Virus record (IMG/VR): IMGVR_UViG_3300046786_000014
Span: 1 to 34,735 of that record
Direction: 5' to 3' (one strand)
DNA length: 34,735 bases
From: a virus
Taxonomy: Duplodnaviria > Caudoviricetes
Positions 1 through 8,942 of this stretch are shown piece after piece. Within the stretch, counting starts at the first letter, position 1. The number at the start of each line of letters is the position of its first letter. Made by a program: the position numbers and the translations under genes. The notes beneath the pieces are model-generated. The model ran no database searches. It had not been told where the DNA came from and worked only from the letters and a program-made list of their open reading frames with translations.

Positions 1-139
1 AACGGCAACTCTACTACTGCTCGTGCTTTGGGTGGTTTGCAAGCATGGTTGTCAACCAACTACTCTGGTGGCACTTCTGGTGTTGCTGGTTCAGGTGGTA
101 CAACTGCTCGTACAAACGGCACAAACCGCACTTTCACAG
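1..139 (+). repeat. Terminal overlap, copy 1 (circular assembly)
   Basis: 14..139 identical to 34610..34735 (126 bp); 1..13 aligns to 34597..34609 with 4 mismatches. Confidence 0.95.
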
Positions 140-552
140 AAGCAATGTTGCAAACTGTTGTTAAGAATGTTTACACAGCAGGTGGCAATCCTAAAGTATT
201 GATGGTTACTCCTGCTGGTAAGCAGACAGTTTCTAGCTTTGCTGGTATTGCTGCACAGCGTTATATGGCTCCTACCAATGCTCCTACAACTATCATTGGC
301 GCAGCCGATGTGTATTTGTCTGACTTTGGTACTTTGTCTGTCGTGCCTAACCGCTTCATGAACAGCACTAACTCTGCTGATGATGTGGCTTTCGTGCTTG
401 ACCCCGACATGGCTGCTGTTGCTTACTTGCGTCCATTCCAGACCAACGAATTGGCTGTTACTGGCGACAATGAAAGCACACAGTTGTTGGCTGAGTTCAC
501 TTTGGAAGTTAAGAACGAAGCTGCACACGGCATTGTTGCTGACTTGTCATAA
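1..552 (+). CDS. Major capsid protein, C-terminal part
   Basis: Frame open from base 1 (NGNSTTARALGGL...); motifs YLSDFGTLSVVPNRFM, YLRPFQ, EFTLEVKNEAAHG typical of this capsid family; followed by a terminator. Confidence 0.9.
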   Translation, partial: NGNSTTARALGGLQAWLSTNYSGGTSGVAGSGGTTARTNGTNRTFTEAMLQTVVKNVYTAGGNPKVLMVTPAGKQTVSSFAGIAAQRYMAPTNAPTTIIGAADVYLSDFGTLSVVPNRFMNSTNSADDVAFVLDPDMAAVAYLRPFQTNELAVTGDNESTQLLAEFTLEVKNEAAHGIVADLS

Positions 553-567
553 TCACTAAGTGTTTTA

Positions 568-606
568 AAAATGCCTCAGACTAATCCTCTGGGGCATTTT
601 CTTTTC
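568..606 (+). terminator. Rho-independent terminator after capsid gene
   Basis: AAAATGCCTCAGA-ctaatcc-TCTGGGGCATTTT stem followed by CTTTTC. Confidence 0.85.
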
Positions 607-615
607 TAGCCAAAC

Positions 616-630
616 TGTTAGAATTAAGCT
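616..630 (+). promoter_or_regulatory. Extended -10 promoter giving a probable leaderless transcript for ORF 631
   Basis: TG-t-TAGAAT (616..624), 6 nt, then ATG 631; no Shine-Dalgarno. Confidence 0.5.
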
Positions 631-945
631 ATGCAAAATCCTGTCAAATTTCGAGATACTGCCGTTCACAAAGATGGTGATGGTGGAATCATTATTGAGA
701 CTAAACAAGACATTTCAGCTATTCTTGAGCAGAATCAAAAGGAATATAACTCTTTTGATGAACGAGCAAGATGGTCTGACCATTTGTTTGGCAATAAGGT
801 AGCCTCGATTCCAATGACTGTGATTGATGAATTGAATAAACAGGGCATCATGCGTGGCTTTGCTGTGCTTGATGAAAAGCGTTTTAAGGCTTGGTTAAAC
901 GAGCGTGATAACAGAGTTTTTAGAACTCGAACAGGAGTTGTATGA
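631..945 (+). CDS. Conserved phage hypothetical protein (morphogenesis region)
   Basis: 104 aa ORF, overlaps next gene by ATGA. Confidence 0.75.
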   Translation: MQNPVKFRDTAVHKDGDGGIIIETKQDISAILEQNQKEYNSFDERARWSDHLFGNKVASIPMTVIDELNKQGIMRGFAVLDEKRFKAWLNERDNRVFRTRTGVV

Positions 946-1562
946 GTTTCTCTACTTACTCTGACTTACAGACTTCAATTGCCAACTATTTGGCTAGGTC
1001 TGACTTGACAAGCCAGATTCCAGATTTCATTACCTTTGCTGAGAATCGTCTCCGCAGAGAATTGCGTATTCGTCAGATGCTCAAGTCAGTAACGACTAGC
1101 ACAGTATCTGGTGATTCAACTGTAGAAGTTCCTAGCGACTTCCTAGAGATTCGTGACTTTGTTGTGATGACTAATCCCATCACACCAATGAGTTACTCTA
1201 GCCCATCTACATTGTCTAATGACCCAAGAACTTCAGAAGTTGGCGTTCCTCGTTCTTACACAATCTTGGCTAATGAGTTTCAGTTAGCACCAAGTCCTGA
1301 TGCTGTTTATACGCTGAAACTTCTTTACTATTCTGCGCCAGCATATTTGTCTAGCAGTAATACGACTAACACATTCTTGACTACTGCACCAGATGCGCTA
1401 CTGTATGCGTCATTGATTGAGGCAGAGCCATACTTAATGAACGATGCTCGTGTCAATACATGGGGAACTATGTACGATAGAGCAATTGCATCACTCACCA
1501 AGTCTGATGAAAGCACTCAATACTCTGGTGTACCCCTGTCAATCAAATTAACATCAAGGTGA
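942..1562 (+). CDS. Head-to-tail adaptor protein
   Basis: TYSDLQTSIANYLARSDL...IPDFITFAE, PSDFLE, LAPSPD, PDALLYASL motifs; position after capsid; AGGAG RBS. Confidence 0.75.
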   Translation: MSFSTYSDLQTSIANYLARSDLTSQIPDFITFAENRLRRELRIRQMLKSVTTSTVSGDSTVEVPSDFLEIRDFVVMTNPITPMSYSSPSTLSNDPRTSEVGVPRSYTILANEFQLAPSPDAVYTLKLLYYSAPAYLSSSNTTNTFLTTAPDALLYASLIEAEPYLMNDARVNTWGTMYDRAIASLTKSDESTQYSGVPLSIKLTSR

Positions 1563-1566
1563 AATC

Positions 1567-1953
1567 ATGGCTGAAATGTCAAACTACTTGGAAAATGCGC
1601 TGATTAACGGCACATTGCGAGCCACTACTTACACAGCACCAACAACTGTGTATGTTGCTCTTTATACAACTGACCCAACTGATGCAGACTCAGGAACAGA
1701 AGTTTCTGGAACTAACTATGCTCGTCAGTCTGTGACATTTGGCGCACCTAGCAATGGCGCATCTACAAACTCTGCTGCTGTTGAGTTTCCTCAAGCTGGT
1801 AGTTCATGGGGAACAATCACACACATTGGTTTGCGTGATGCGTCTTCAGCAGGTAACTTGCTGTATCACACTCCATTAGATGCGTCTAAGACTATTGCTT
1901 CTGGCGATGTGTTCCGTATTGCTACAAGCTCTTTGTCAGTAACATTGGCATAA
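1567..1953 (+). CDS. Virion structural protein (small beta-rich)
   Basis: YVALYTTDP...EVSG.NYARQ...WGTITHIGL.DA..GNLL motif common in phage virion proteins. Confidence 0.7.
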   Translation: MAEMSNYLENALINGTLRATTYTAPTTVYVALYTTDPTDADSGTEVSGTNYARQSVTFGAPSNGASTNSAAVEFPQAGSSWGTITHIGLRDASSAGNLLYHTPLDASKTIASGDVFRIATSSLSVTLA

Positions 1954-1954
1954 G

Positions 1955-2938
1955 ATGGCTACAGTCAATCTGACGCTTGAGCAACTTGACCAATTTGGGT
2001 CATTGGATAGCCTTGCGTTCAGTTTAGACTCATCTGAGTGGAACTCCACAAGCCAGAAGAATGTAACAGGGCCGTGGTCAATTGATGGGTTAGACGCATT
2101 TAATAATTTAGATGCGCTAACAGCAAGTCTTGACTCAACAGTCTGGAATACAGCTACTCTTTGGGATGGTGTAGGTTCAGTTACTGCAAATGCAAATGTA
2201 GTTGCTAGTGGCGTAAGGGTTGCTTTAGCGACTGCTTCAATTACAGCATCTGCATCTGTTACGGCTAATGCGTCAATTGCTTATTATGCGTCTGCTTCAA
2301 TTACCTCAAATGCGAATGTAACCGCATCTGCTCAACGTGTTCAGTTTGCTAGTGCTGATGTACAGGGTACAGCTACTGTTACTGCTGATGGACAGAGAGT
2401 TGCACTTGGCGTAGCTACAATTACAGCTAATGCCGATGTAACTGCTATTGGCACAAAAGTAAATAACGCTGCTGCAAGCATTACTGGAAATGCCAATGTA
2501 ACTGCATCTGGTGAACTTGTTATTGGTGCTAGTGCAAGCATTACAGCTAATGCGTTCTTAGAATCTAATGCACAACGAATTCAGTTAGGCAATGGTTCTA
2601 TTAATGCTACAGCGACATTTACTGCTAATGGTGGATTGGTTGCTGAAGGCGTTGCTAGTGTTGCGGCTTCTGCAAATGTAACTGCTAGTGCTTCTGCTAT
2701 TTATGCGGGTGTTGCACAGGTTAATGGTACAGCAAGCATTACTGCTGATGGGCATATCATTGGTGACAATTGGTCGCCAGTAACAGGTGACACAAACACT
2801 TGGACACCAGTTAGTGCAGATTCAAATATTTGGACAGTTGTTTCAAGTGATTCAAATACATGGACTCCAGTATCTGCTAATGACAATACATGGACTACAC
2901 AGTCACAAGGAAGTAACACATGGCTACGACAAGGGTAA
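1955..2938 (+). CDS. Repeat-rich virion protein (20-aa Ala/Ser/Thr repeats, C-terminal 10-aa Trp repeats)
   Basis: About ten ASIT..A.VTA.... units with 20-aa period; W-x9 repeats at C-terminus. Confidence 0.7.
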   Translation: MATVNLTLEQLDQFGSLDSLAFSLDSSEWNSTSQKNVTGPWSIDGLDAFNNLDALTASLDSTVWNTATLWDGVGSVTANANVVASGVRVALATASITASASVTANASIAYYASASITSNANVTASAQRVQFASADVQGTATVTADGQRVALGVATITANADVTAIGTKVNNAAASITGNANVTASGELVIGASASITANAFLESNAQRIQLGNGSINATATFTANGGLVAEGVASVAASANVTASASAIYAGVAQVNGTASITADGHIIGDNWSPVTGDTNTWTPVSADSNIWTVVSSDSNTWTPVSANDNTWTTQSQGSNTWLRQG

Positions 2939-4359
2939 CATTTGGCGAATGGATGCCTGACCAATCAGGTATTTCTGGCTCGCTTACAGATGCTAAAAAT
3001 GTAGTATCTCAAGCTATTGGTTATGGCCCATTTCCTACGCCAGTATCTTTATCGAGTGCTGCTTCTGAGAACTTAACTTCTTTGTATGCTGCTAAAGCAC
3101 CTGATGGAAATACAGTATTGTTTGCTGCTGGCGCATCTAAGATTTATACAGTTGGTGGAACTGGAACACTTACACAAGTAAATAGTGGTTTAACAACAGG
3201 CTTAAATGACCGAGTTAGGTTTACTCAGTTTGGTAAGAATGTCATTATTTGCAATAACGCTGACAAACTAAAGTCATGGGTACTTGGCACTTCTAGCACT
3301 TTTGCAGATGTTGCAGCTAATGCGCCTATTGCTAAATACATTACTGTAGTGCGTGATTTCGTAGTTGTGGCTAATACTTACGAATCATCTATTCAACAGC
3401 AATATCGTGTGCGCTGGTCTGCTATCAATGATGAAACAGACTGGACAGAAAACGTAAACACACAGTCTGACTATCAAGATATTCCTGATGGTGGTCAGAT
3501 TATGGGAATCCGTGGTGGTGAATTTGGACTCGTTCTTCTTGAGCGTTCAATCCATCGCATGACCTATGTTGGAACACCTTTTATTTTCCAGTTTGACAAT
3601 ATCTCTCGTGGAAAAGGTTGCATGGTAGCTGGCTCAATTGCTCAGTATCAAGGCATCACATTCTTCTTATCTGACGATGGTTTCTATATGTGCGATGGTC
3701 AGCAAGTTATCTCAATTGGTGCTGAAAAGGTTGACCGATTCTTTCTGACAGACGCTAGTGAAACAGACTATAAAACCATGTCTGCTGCCATCGACCCTGT
3801 TCGTAAATTAGTAATTTGGAACTACAAATCTGTTGACGCTAATCGTAAATTGATGATTTATAACTTCCAAACGAAAAAGTGGACTTATGGCGATGCAGGA
3901 ACAGACTATCTTGGTGAAGCATCATCTGGTGCTTTGACGCTTGAGGAATTAGATTCTGTATCTGCTTCTATTGATGCAATGACAACAAGTCTTGATTCTT
4001 TGCTATATATCGGTGGTAAGTATTTCTTAGGTGGAACTTACGGCACTAGGGTTTACTCTTATACAGGCTCTAATTTGACAGGAAGCATTGCTACTGGCGA
4101 CATTGATATTGGTGCTAATTCCGTTGTTACTCTAGGCAGACCTATTGTTGACAATGGTTCTGGTTCATTGTCTATTGCTTCACGCACATTGCTAAACCAG
4201 TCCGTAACCTATGGAACATCGACTGCTGCTGACTCAGAGAACAGGGTTTCTTTGCGTAGTGCGGGTAGGTATCATAGACTGAAGTTAACTCCAACTGGTG
4301 CTGCTTGGAAGACTGCTGTAGCTGTAGATGTGGACATTACTCCGCAGGGAGTTCGCTGA
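2920..4359 (+). CDS. Packaged-DNA stabilisation / tail hub protein (P22 gp10-like)
   Basis: 479 aa, FGEW.PD N-terminus, RVRWS, FFLSDDGFY, beta-propeller-like pattern; synteny between adaptor and ejection genes. Confidence 0.7.
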   Translation: MATTRVTFGEWMPDQSGISGSLTDAKNVVSQAIGYGPFPTPVSLSSAASENLTSLYAAKAPDGNTVLFAAGASKIYTVGGTGTLTQVNSGLTTGLNDRVRFTQFGKNVIICNNADKLKSWVLGTSSTFADVAANAPIAKYITVVRDFVVVANTYESSIQQQYRVRWSAINDETDWTENVNTQSDYQDIPDGGQIMGIRGGEFGLVLLERSIHRMTYVGTPFIFQFDNISRGKGCMVAGSIAQYQGITFFLSDDGFYMCDGQQVISIGAEKVDRFFLTDASETDYKTMSAAIDPVRKLVIWNYKSVDANRKLMIYNFQTKKWTYGDAGTDYLGEASSGALTLEELDSVSASIDAMTTSLDSLLYIGGKYFLGGTYGTRVYSYTGSNLTGSIATGDIDIGANSVVTLGRPIVDNGSGSLSIASRTLLNQSVTYGTSTAADSENRVSLRSAGRYHRLKLTPTGAAWKTAVAVDVDITPQGVR

Positions 4360-4667
4360 TGTTTAGAAGCCTACCTGCTTTTGGTGGTGACCAACGTGCC
4401 GTGGCAGAGGTTGTCCGTGGCATTATGGATGGCAAAACCAACAACACAGGCTCAATTACTCTGGCGACTGGTGGTGCTACATCTACCACTTTGACAGACC
4501 GAAGAATAGGCCCAGACAGCGTGATTGTTTTTGTTCCTGCTTCTAGTGCTGCAAATGCAGATTCGGCAAGAATTTATGCTAGTTCTCAAGGACAAGGAAC
4601 TTGCACAGTAAATCATGTGACTAATATCGTTGCTAATAAAACGTATAGATATGCAATTATTGGTTGA
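4359..4667 (+). CDS. Small virion/tail protein
   Basis: Likely start ATG 4359 (TGATG coupling, GGGAG RBS) rather than 4305; MFRSLP..GGDQR.VAEVV.GIMDGKTNNTGS. Confidence 0.65.
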   Translation: MFRSLPAFGGDQRAVAEVVRGIMDGKTNNTGSITLATGGATSTTLTDRRIGPDSVIVFVPASSAANADSARIYASSQGQGTCTVNHVTNIVANKTYRYAIIG

Positions 4668-4718
4668 TTTTAATAATTTATGTATAATGGATTCCGTGGA
4701 TGACCCGCTATGGAATCC
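4660..4718 (+). promoter_or_regulatory. Putative sigma70 promoter and strong hairpin before ejection-protein genes
   Basis: TTGGTT-17-TATAAT (4660..4688); GGATTCCGTGG-8-CTATGGAATCC hairpin 4689..4718; AGGAG RBS downstream. Confidence 0.5.
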
Positions 4719-4737
4719 GAAACTCTAGGAGTAAAAC

Positions 4738-5634
4738 ATGGCGACTACTACCACATCTCAAATTGACCCAACAATCCAACCATATTTAGGTTATGGATTG
4801 CAACAGGCACAGCGTCTGTATCAGTCTGGTGGCCCACAGTATTATGGTGGCCCTACATTTGTAAGCCCATCTACTGCTACTCAGACTGGTTTACAGGCTT
4901 TAGAGGCTCGTGCTTCTTTGGGTAACCCATTACTCCAATCTGCTCAGAATCAACTCCAGAACACAGTTTCTGGTGGTTTCTTAGGTGGCAATCCTTTCTT
5001 CCAAGGTGCGTTCCAACCTGCTGCACAAGCTGCTGAACAACAATTCAAGCAAACTATTGGTGACATTTCATCTAAGGCTAGTTTGGCAGGGCGTTATGGC
5101 TCTGGTGCTATGGGTCAGTTGCAAGACCGAGCCACAGGCGCATTTGGTCAACAGTTGGCGAATACTGCTGGACAGTTGGCTTACCAGAACTATGCTGATG
5201 AGCGAGCAAGACAACAACAAGCAACGATGGCTGCTCCTGCGATGACATCTGCTGATTATCAAGACATTCAGAATATGTTGCAAGCTGGTCAAATTCGTGA
5301 GGGTTATACAGGTCAGCAACAGCAAGCAGATATTGCTAAATTTAACTTCTTGCAAAATCAACCACAGCAGAACTTGCAAAATTATCTGTCATTGGTCTAT
5401 GGTAGCCCATTGGGTCGAGTAGCAAGTCAAACAACTAGCGGTGCTGCTGACACATCTACATTGCAAAATGTTCTTGGTTTGGCTGCTGTAGGCGGTGGTT
5501 TGTACAAGAATCTAGGTGGTTCTACAGGTATTAGTAACTTGTGGAATAGTGGTGCTAACTGGTTAAGTGGTTCGCCTAACATGGGTACTATTGACGCTAG
5601 TTACCCTACTCTTGGCACTAACTACTGGGATTAA
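4738..5634 (+). CDS. DNA ejection / pilot protein 1
   Basis: Gln/Gly/Ala-rich, IQPYL, GRYGSG, hydrophobic Gly-rich C-terminus; synteny with P22 gp7/gp20/gp16 block. Confidence 0.65.
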   Translation: MATTTTSQIDPTIQPYLGYGLQQAQRLYQSGGPQYYGGPTFVSPSTATQTGLQALEARASLGNPLLQSAQNQLQNTVSGGFLGGNPFFQGAFQPAAQAAEQQFKQTIGDISSKASLAGRYGSGAMGQLQDRATGAFGQQLANTAGQLAYQNYADERARQQQATMAAPAMTSADYQDIQNMLQAGQIREGYTGQQQQADIAKFNFLQNQPQQNLQNYLSLVYGSPLGRVASQTTSGAADTSTLQNVLGLAAVGGGLYKNLGGSTGISNLWNSGANWLSGSPNMGTIDASYPTLGTNYWD

Positions 5635-5636
5635 AC

Positions 5637-6929
5637 ATGGCTGGACTATTAGACATTTTTGGTACTAGCGGTGCAGACACAATGGGTCTGCTCGGTATGT
5701 CACCTACTGACATTGCTCGTAATCGTGATGATGCCCAAGCACAGGCCTTGTATGCACTAGCAGGACGTTTGTTCCAAGGCGGTAATACTGGTGCATCTAT
5801 TGCTCAAGGCTTACAAGCTGGTCAGCAAGCATATAAAGGCGGTATGCAAGAAGCATTGCAGACACAACTGCAAAACACTCAATTGCAAGAATTGCTGAAG
5901 AAAAAGCAAGATGAGCAACTTGCTAAACAATTGTTTATGCGTGGCTATCAACCCGCTGTCGCTGGTGTTGAAGCAAGGCCAGTTGAGGAAGATGGACGCT
6001 ACTTAGGAGAGACTCCTGCTGTAGCTGCTAAACCTGCTCGTTTTGATATTGGTAGCATTGCACCTGAATTGATTGCAATTGGTGATGTTGGTCAAGCTAA
6101 ATTGAAAACTGCACTTGAGTTGCAAAAAGCAATGTCTGGTGAAACATTCAAACTTGGTGAGGGCGAAAAGCAATACCAGCGTGACCCATTGACAGGCGTA
6201 GTAACTGAAGTAGCTGCTGGCGCACCTAAAGAGAAGCCATTGCACTATCAAGATGTAGGTGATGCGATTGTTGCTTATGACTCAAAAGGCAAAGAAGTTT
6301 TCCGTCAGAAGAAGGGTCGTGCGCCAGAAGGTCCTGTTAACTTCCAGACAGTTGAAACTGACCAAGGTTTGATGGCTTTCAACCCTCGAACAATGCAAAT
6401 GTCACCTATTTTGGGTGCTAATGGTGAGCCACTTACAAAAGGTACTAAGCCTACAGAAGCAGAAACAAACGCTGCTGGTTTTGCTAATCGAATGATTGCT
6501 GCAAACGAGATTACATCTAAACTTGCTACAGGCAATAAGCCTAAATTTGGTGAGGCAGCATTGAGCGTAATTCCTCTGATTGGCGATAAGATTCCAGAGG
6601 TTATTCCTAAAGGAATTGGTGGCCTTTCTGATGAGCGTAGGCAATATCTGCAAGCTGCTAATAACTTTATTCGTGCTAACTTGCGTAAAGAATCTGGTGC
6701 TGCTATTGGAGTTGATGAGTGGAAGCAAGAGTTTATTAACTACTTCCCACAGTACAACGATGATGACCAGACCATTAAGAATAAAGAGATGTTCCGCAAC
6801 ATCTTGACTCAGAACATGAAGGCTGCTGGTGGAAAGTCATTTAAAAAGATTACGCCAGAATCAGCTTCAATGACTGAGACGTATGATTTATCGCCTAGAC
6901 TTAGCAATTCGTTGCGTGGAGGTCAATAA
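5637..6929 (+). CDS. DNA ejection protein 2
   Basis: MAGLLD N-terminus, Gly/Ala helix, C-terminal LRKESGAAIG..E...YFPQ.ND motif. Confidence 0.6.
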   Translation: MAGLLDIFGTSGADTMGLLGMSPTDIARNRDDAQAQALYALAGRLFQGGNTGASIAQGLQAGQQAYKGGMQEALQTQLQNTQLQELLKKKQDEQLAKQLFMRGYQPAVAGVEARPVEEDGRYLGETPAVAAKPARFDIGSIAPELIAIGDVGQAKLKTALELQKAMSGETFKLGEGEKQYQRDPLTGVVTEVAAGAPKEKPLHYQDVGDAIVAYDSKGKEVFRQKKGRAPEGPVNFQTVETDQGLMAFNPRTMQMSPILGANGEPLTKGTKPTEAETNAAGFANRMIAANEITSKLATGNKPKFGEAALSVIPLIGDKIPEVIPKGIGGLSDERRQYLQAANNFIRANLRKESGAAIGVDEWKQEFINYFPQYNDDDQTIKNKEMFRNILTQNMKAAGGKSFKKITPESASMTETYDLSPRLSNSLRGGQ

Positions 6930-8932
6930 TGGCATACGAGAATGTTGAGCGTGTACGTCAAAATCTTATCAAGATGATTGATAAGAAAGCACCAATTGAG
7001 CATATTGACAAGTATTTAAAAGAAGAAGGATTCACTCAAGAATCTTTTGCTAAAGCACTTGACCTTGTAAAACAGGCTGGTGGAAAAACTGCTGAATATG
7101 GTGCAGGTCGTTCGTTGGCTCAAGGCGCAACATTTGGCTTTGCTGATGAATTAGAGGCATTGGCAAAGTCATTGTCTGGTCAAGGAACTTATGAACAGAA
7201 CTTGGCTGCACTTGAACTTGCTAAACAGCGATATGGTCAACAAAATCCTAAAACTGCATTGGCTACTGAACTTGCAGGTGGATTGCCATATGCTTTAGTT
7301 CCTTTCTTGGGTACTGCTAAATATGCTCAAATGGCTAAAGAAGCTGCACCATTGGTTCGTGCAGGAGTTACGGCTGGCGCATCTGCTGTCACAGGCGCAC
7401 TTACTGGCGCACTTGGTGGTGCTGGTGGCGCAGGGGTTGGTGAGCGTATGGCTGGCGCACAAACTGGTGCAACCTTTGGTGGCCTAGTTGGTGGTGCTGC
7501 ACCTGTTGTCAGCAAAGGCGTAGGCATGGCTGGTAGTAAGGTAGTTGACGTAACTAGCGGTATTCCAGTTGTTCAGCAAGTTGGTAAGGCTATTGGCGTA
7601 GCTACTGGTCAAACAGTAGATGCTGCTAATCGTGCTAAAGCTAAACTTCTTGAAGCGTTATATCGTGATAAGGTTAGCCCTGCTGACTTGGAAAAGATGA
7701 TTGCAGCAGCAACTAAGCCTGTTGGCATTGTTGATATTGCTGGTGAGAATGTTAAATCACTTGCTGACGTTGTTCAAAAGTATCCAAGTGAAGCACGACA
7801 AGCTGCTAAATTGGCTTTGGAAGAACGAGCAACAGGCCAAGGTGAGCGTATTCAAAGCGACATTTCTAAGTACCTTGGTGGATTTACAGACCCATTTGAG
7901 TACACAACTGCAATTGCTCAAAGACAACAAAAAATAGCATCTCCTTTATATAAGGCTGCATATGATTTTGGTGAAGTAACAGACCCTAAAGTTCTTAAAT
8001 TTTTGAAACTTCCACAGTTTGAAACTGCTGCTAAAAAGGCTCAAGAACTATTAGCCGCTGAAGGTCGTGCTGTTGATATGTCAATGCCAACAGTAGAAGT
8101 ATTAGACCAAGTTAAACGAGGTCTTGATGTTTTAATCTTTAACGAAATTAAAGATGGTAAATTGTCTCAATTAGGTAAAATCTATAAAGACAAGAAAAAT
8201 GAGTTTTTAGCTCAGTTAGATAAATCTGTTCCTGATTATGGGAAGGCTAGAGCAGCATATGCTGGTGAAGCTGAATTACTTGATGCTACTAAATTAGGAA
8301 AAGACTTCTATAAGCAGACTGCATCAGAAGCTAATCGCACATTTGCAGCATTGTCTCCATCTGAGCAAGAGGCTTATAAAGTTGGTGCATTGGATGCTGT
8401 TAAAGAGAAAATTCAGACTGCTAAAGATACTGCTGACATTCGTAAGCGTATTTTTGGTTCTCCAGCAGAGCGTAATCGTGTTTCTGCATTATTCCCAGAC
8501 GATGCTACTTTTAAGCAGTTTGAAAAAGATATGATGACAGAATCCATGATGCGTAAGACTCAAGAGAAAATCTTGGGTAATTCTGCAACAGCAGAGCGTC
8601 AACTTGGTATGCAACAACTGGAGGCAGAGCCTAGCTTTATTGGTCAATTGATTGAGCAAGGCCCACTCAAGGGAACGCTTGGTTACTTGAAGGCACAAGG
8701 TCAAGGTGTTGCTGGTCAAACAGCAGAGGAACTTGGCCCAATGCTATTCAAACTAGGTGACCCAAGAGCAAACATTCAGACATTACAAGGTTTGAGTGCT
8801 TATGAAAAATACTTGCTTGATTTAGAGGCTAAAAAGGCTGCTGGATTGACAGGTGCATCTACAATGACTGGTCTGCTTAATACTGAAAAACCATATCGTG
8901 TAGATTTAACTGGAATGGCTAACCCCGATTGA
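6929..8932 (+). CDS. DNA ejection protein 3 (large internal virion protein)
   Basis: QGATFGFADE motif, long Gly/Ala membrane-like stretch, PLY..AY, GNS.TA.R motifs typical of phage DNA transfer proteins. Confidence 0.65.
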   Translation: MAYENVERVRQNLIKMIDKKAPIEHIDKYLKEEGFTQESFAKALDLVKQAGGKTAEYGAGRSLAQGATFGFADELEALAKSLSGQGTYEQNLAALELAKQRYGQQNPKTALATELAGGLPYALVPFLGTAKYAQMAKEAAPLVRAGVTAGASAVTGALTGALGGAGGAGVGERMAGAQTGATFGGLVGGAAPVVSKGVGMAGSKVVDVTSGIPVVQQVGKAIGVATGQTVDAANRAKAKLLEALYRDKVSPADLEKMIAAATKPVGIVDIAGENVKSLADVVQKYPSEARQAAKLALEERATGQGERIQSDISKYLGGFTDPFEYTTAIAQRQQKIASPLYKAAYDFGEVTDPKVLKFLKLPQFETAAKKAQELLAAEGRAVDMSMPTVEVLDQVKRGLDVLIFNEIKDGKLSQLGKIYKDKKNEFLAQLDKSVPDYGKARAAYAGEAELLDATKLGKDFYKQTASEANRTFAALSPSEQEAYKVGALDAVKEKIQTAKDTADIRKRIFGSPAERNRVSALFPDDATFKQFEKDMMTESMMRKTQEKILGNSATAERQLGMQQLEAEPSFIGQLIEQGPLKGTLGYLKAQGQGVAGQTAEELGPMLFKLGDPRANIQTLQGLSAYEKYLLDLEAKKAAGLTGASTMTGLLNTEKPYRVDLTGMANPD

Positions 8933-8942
8933 GGACTAAATA

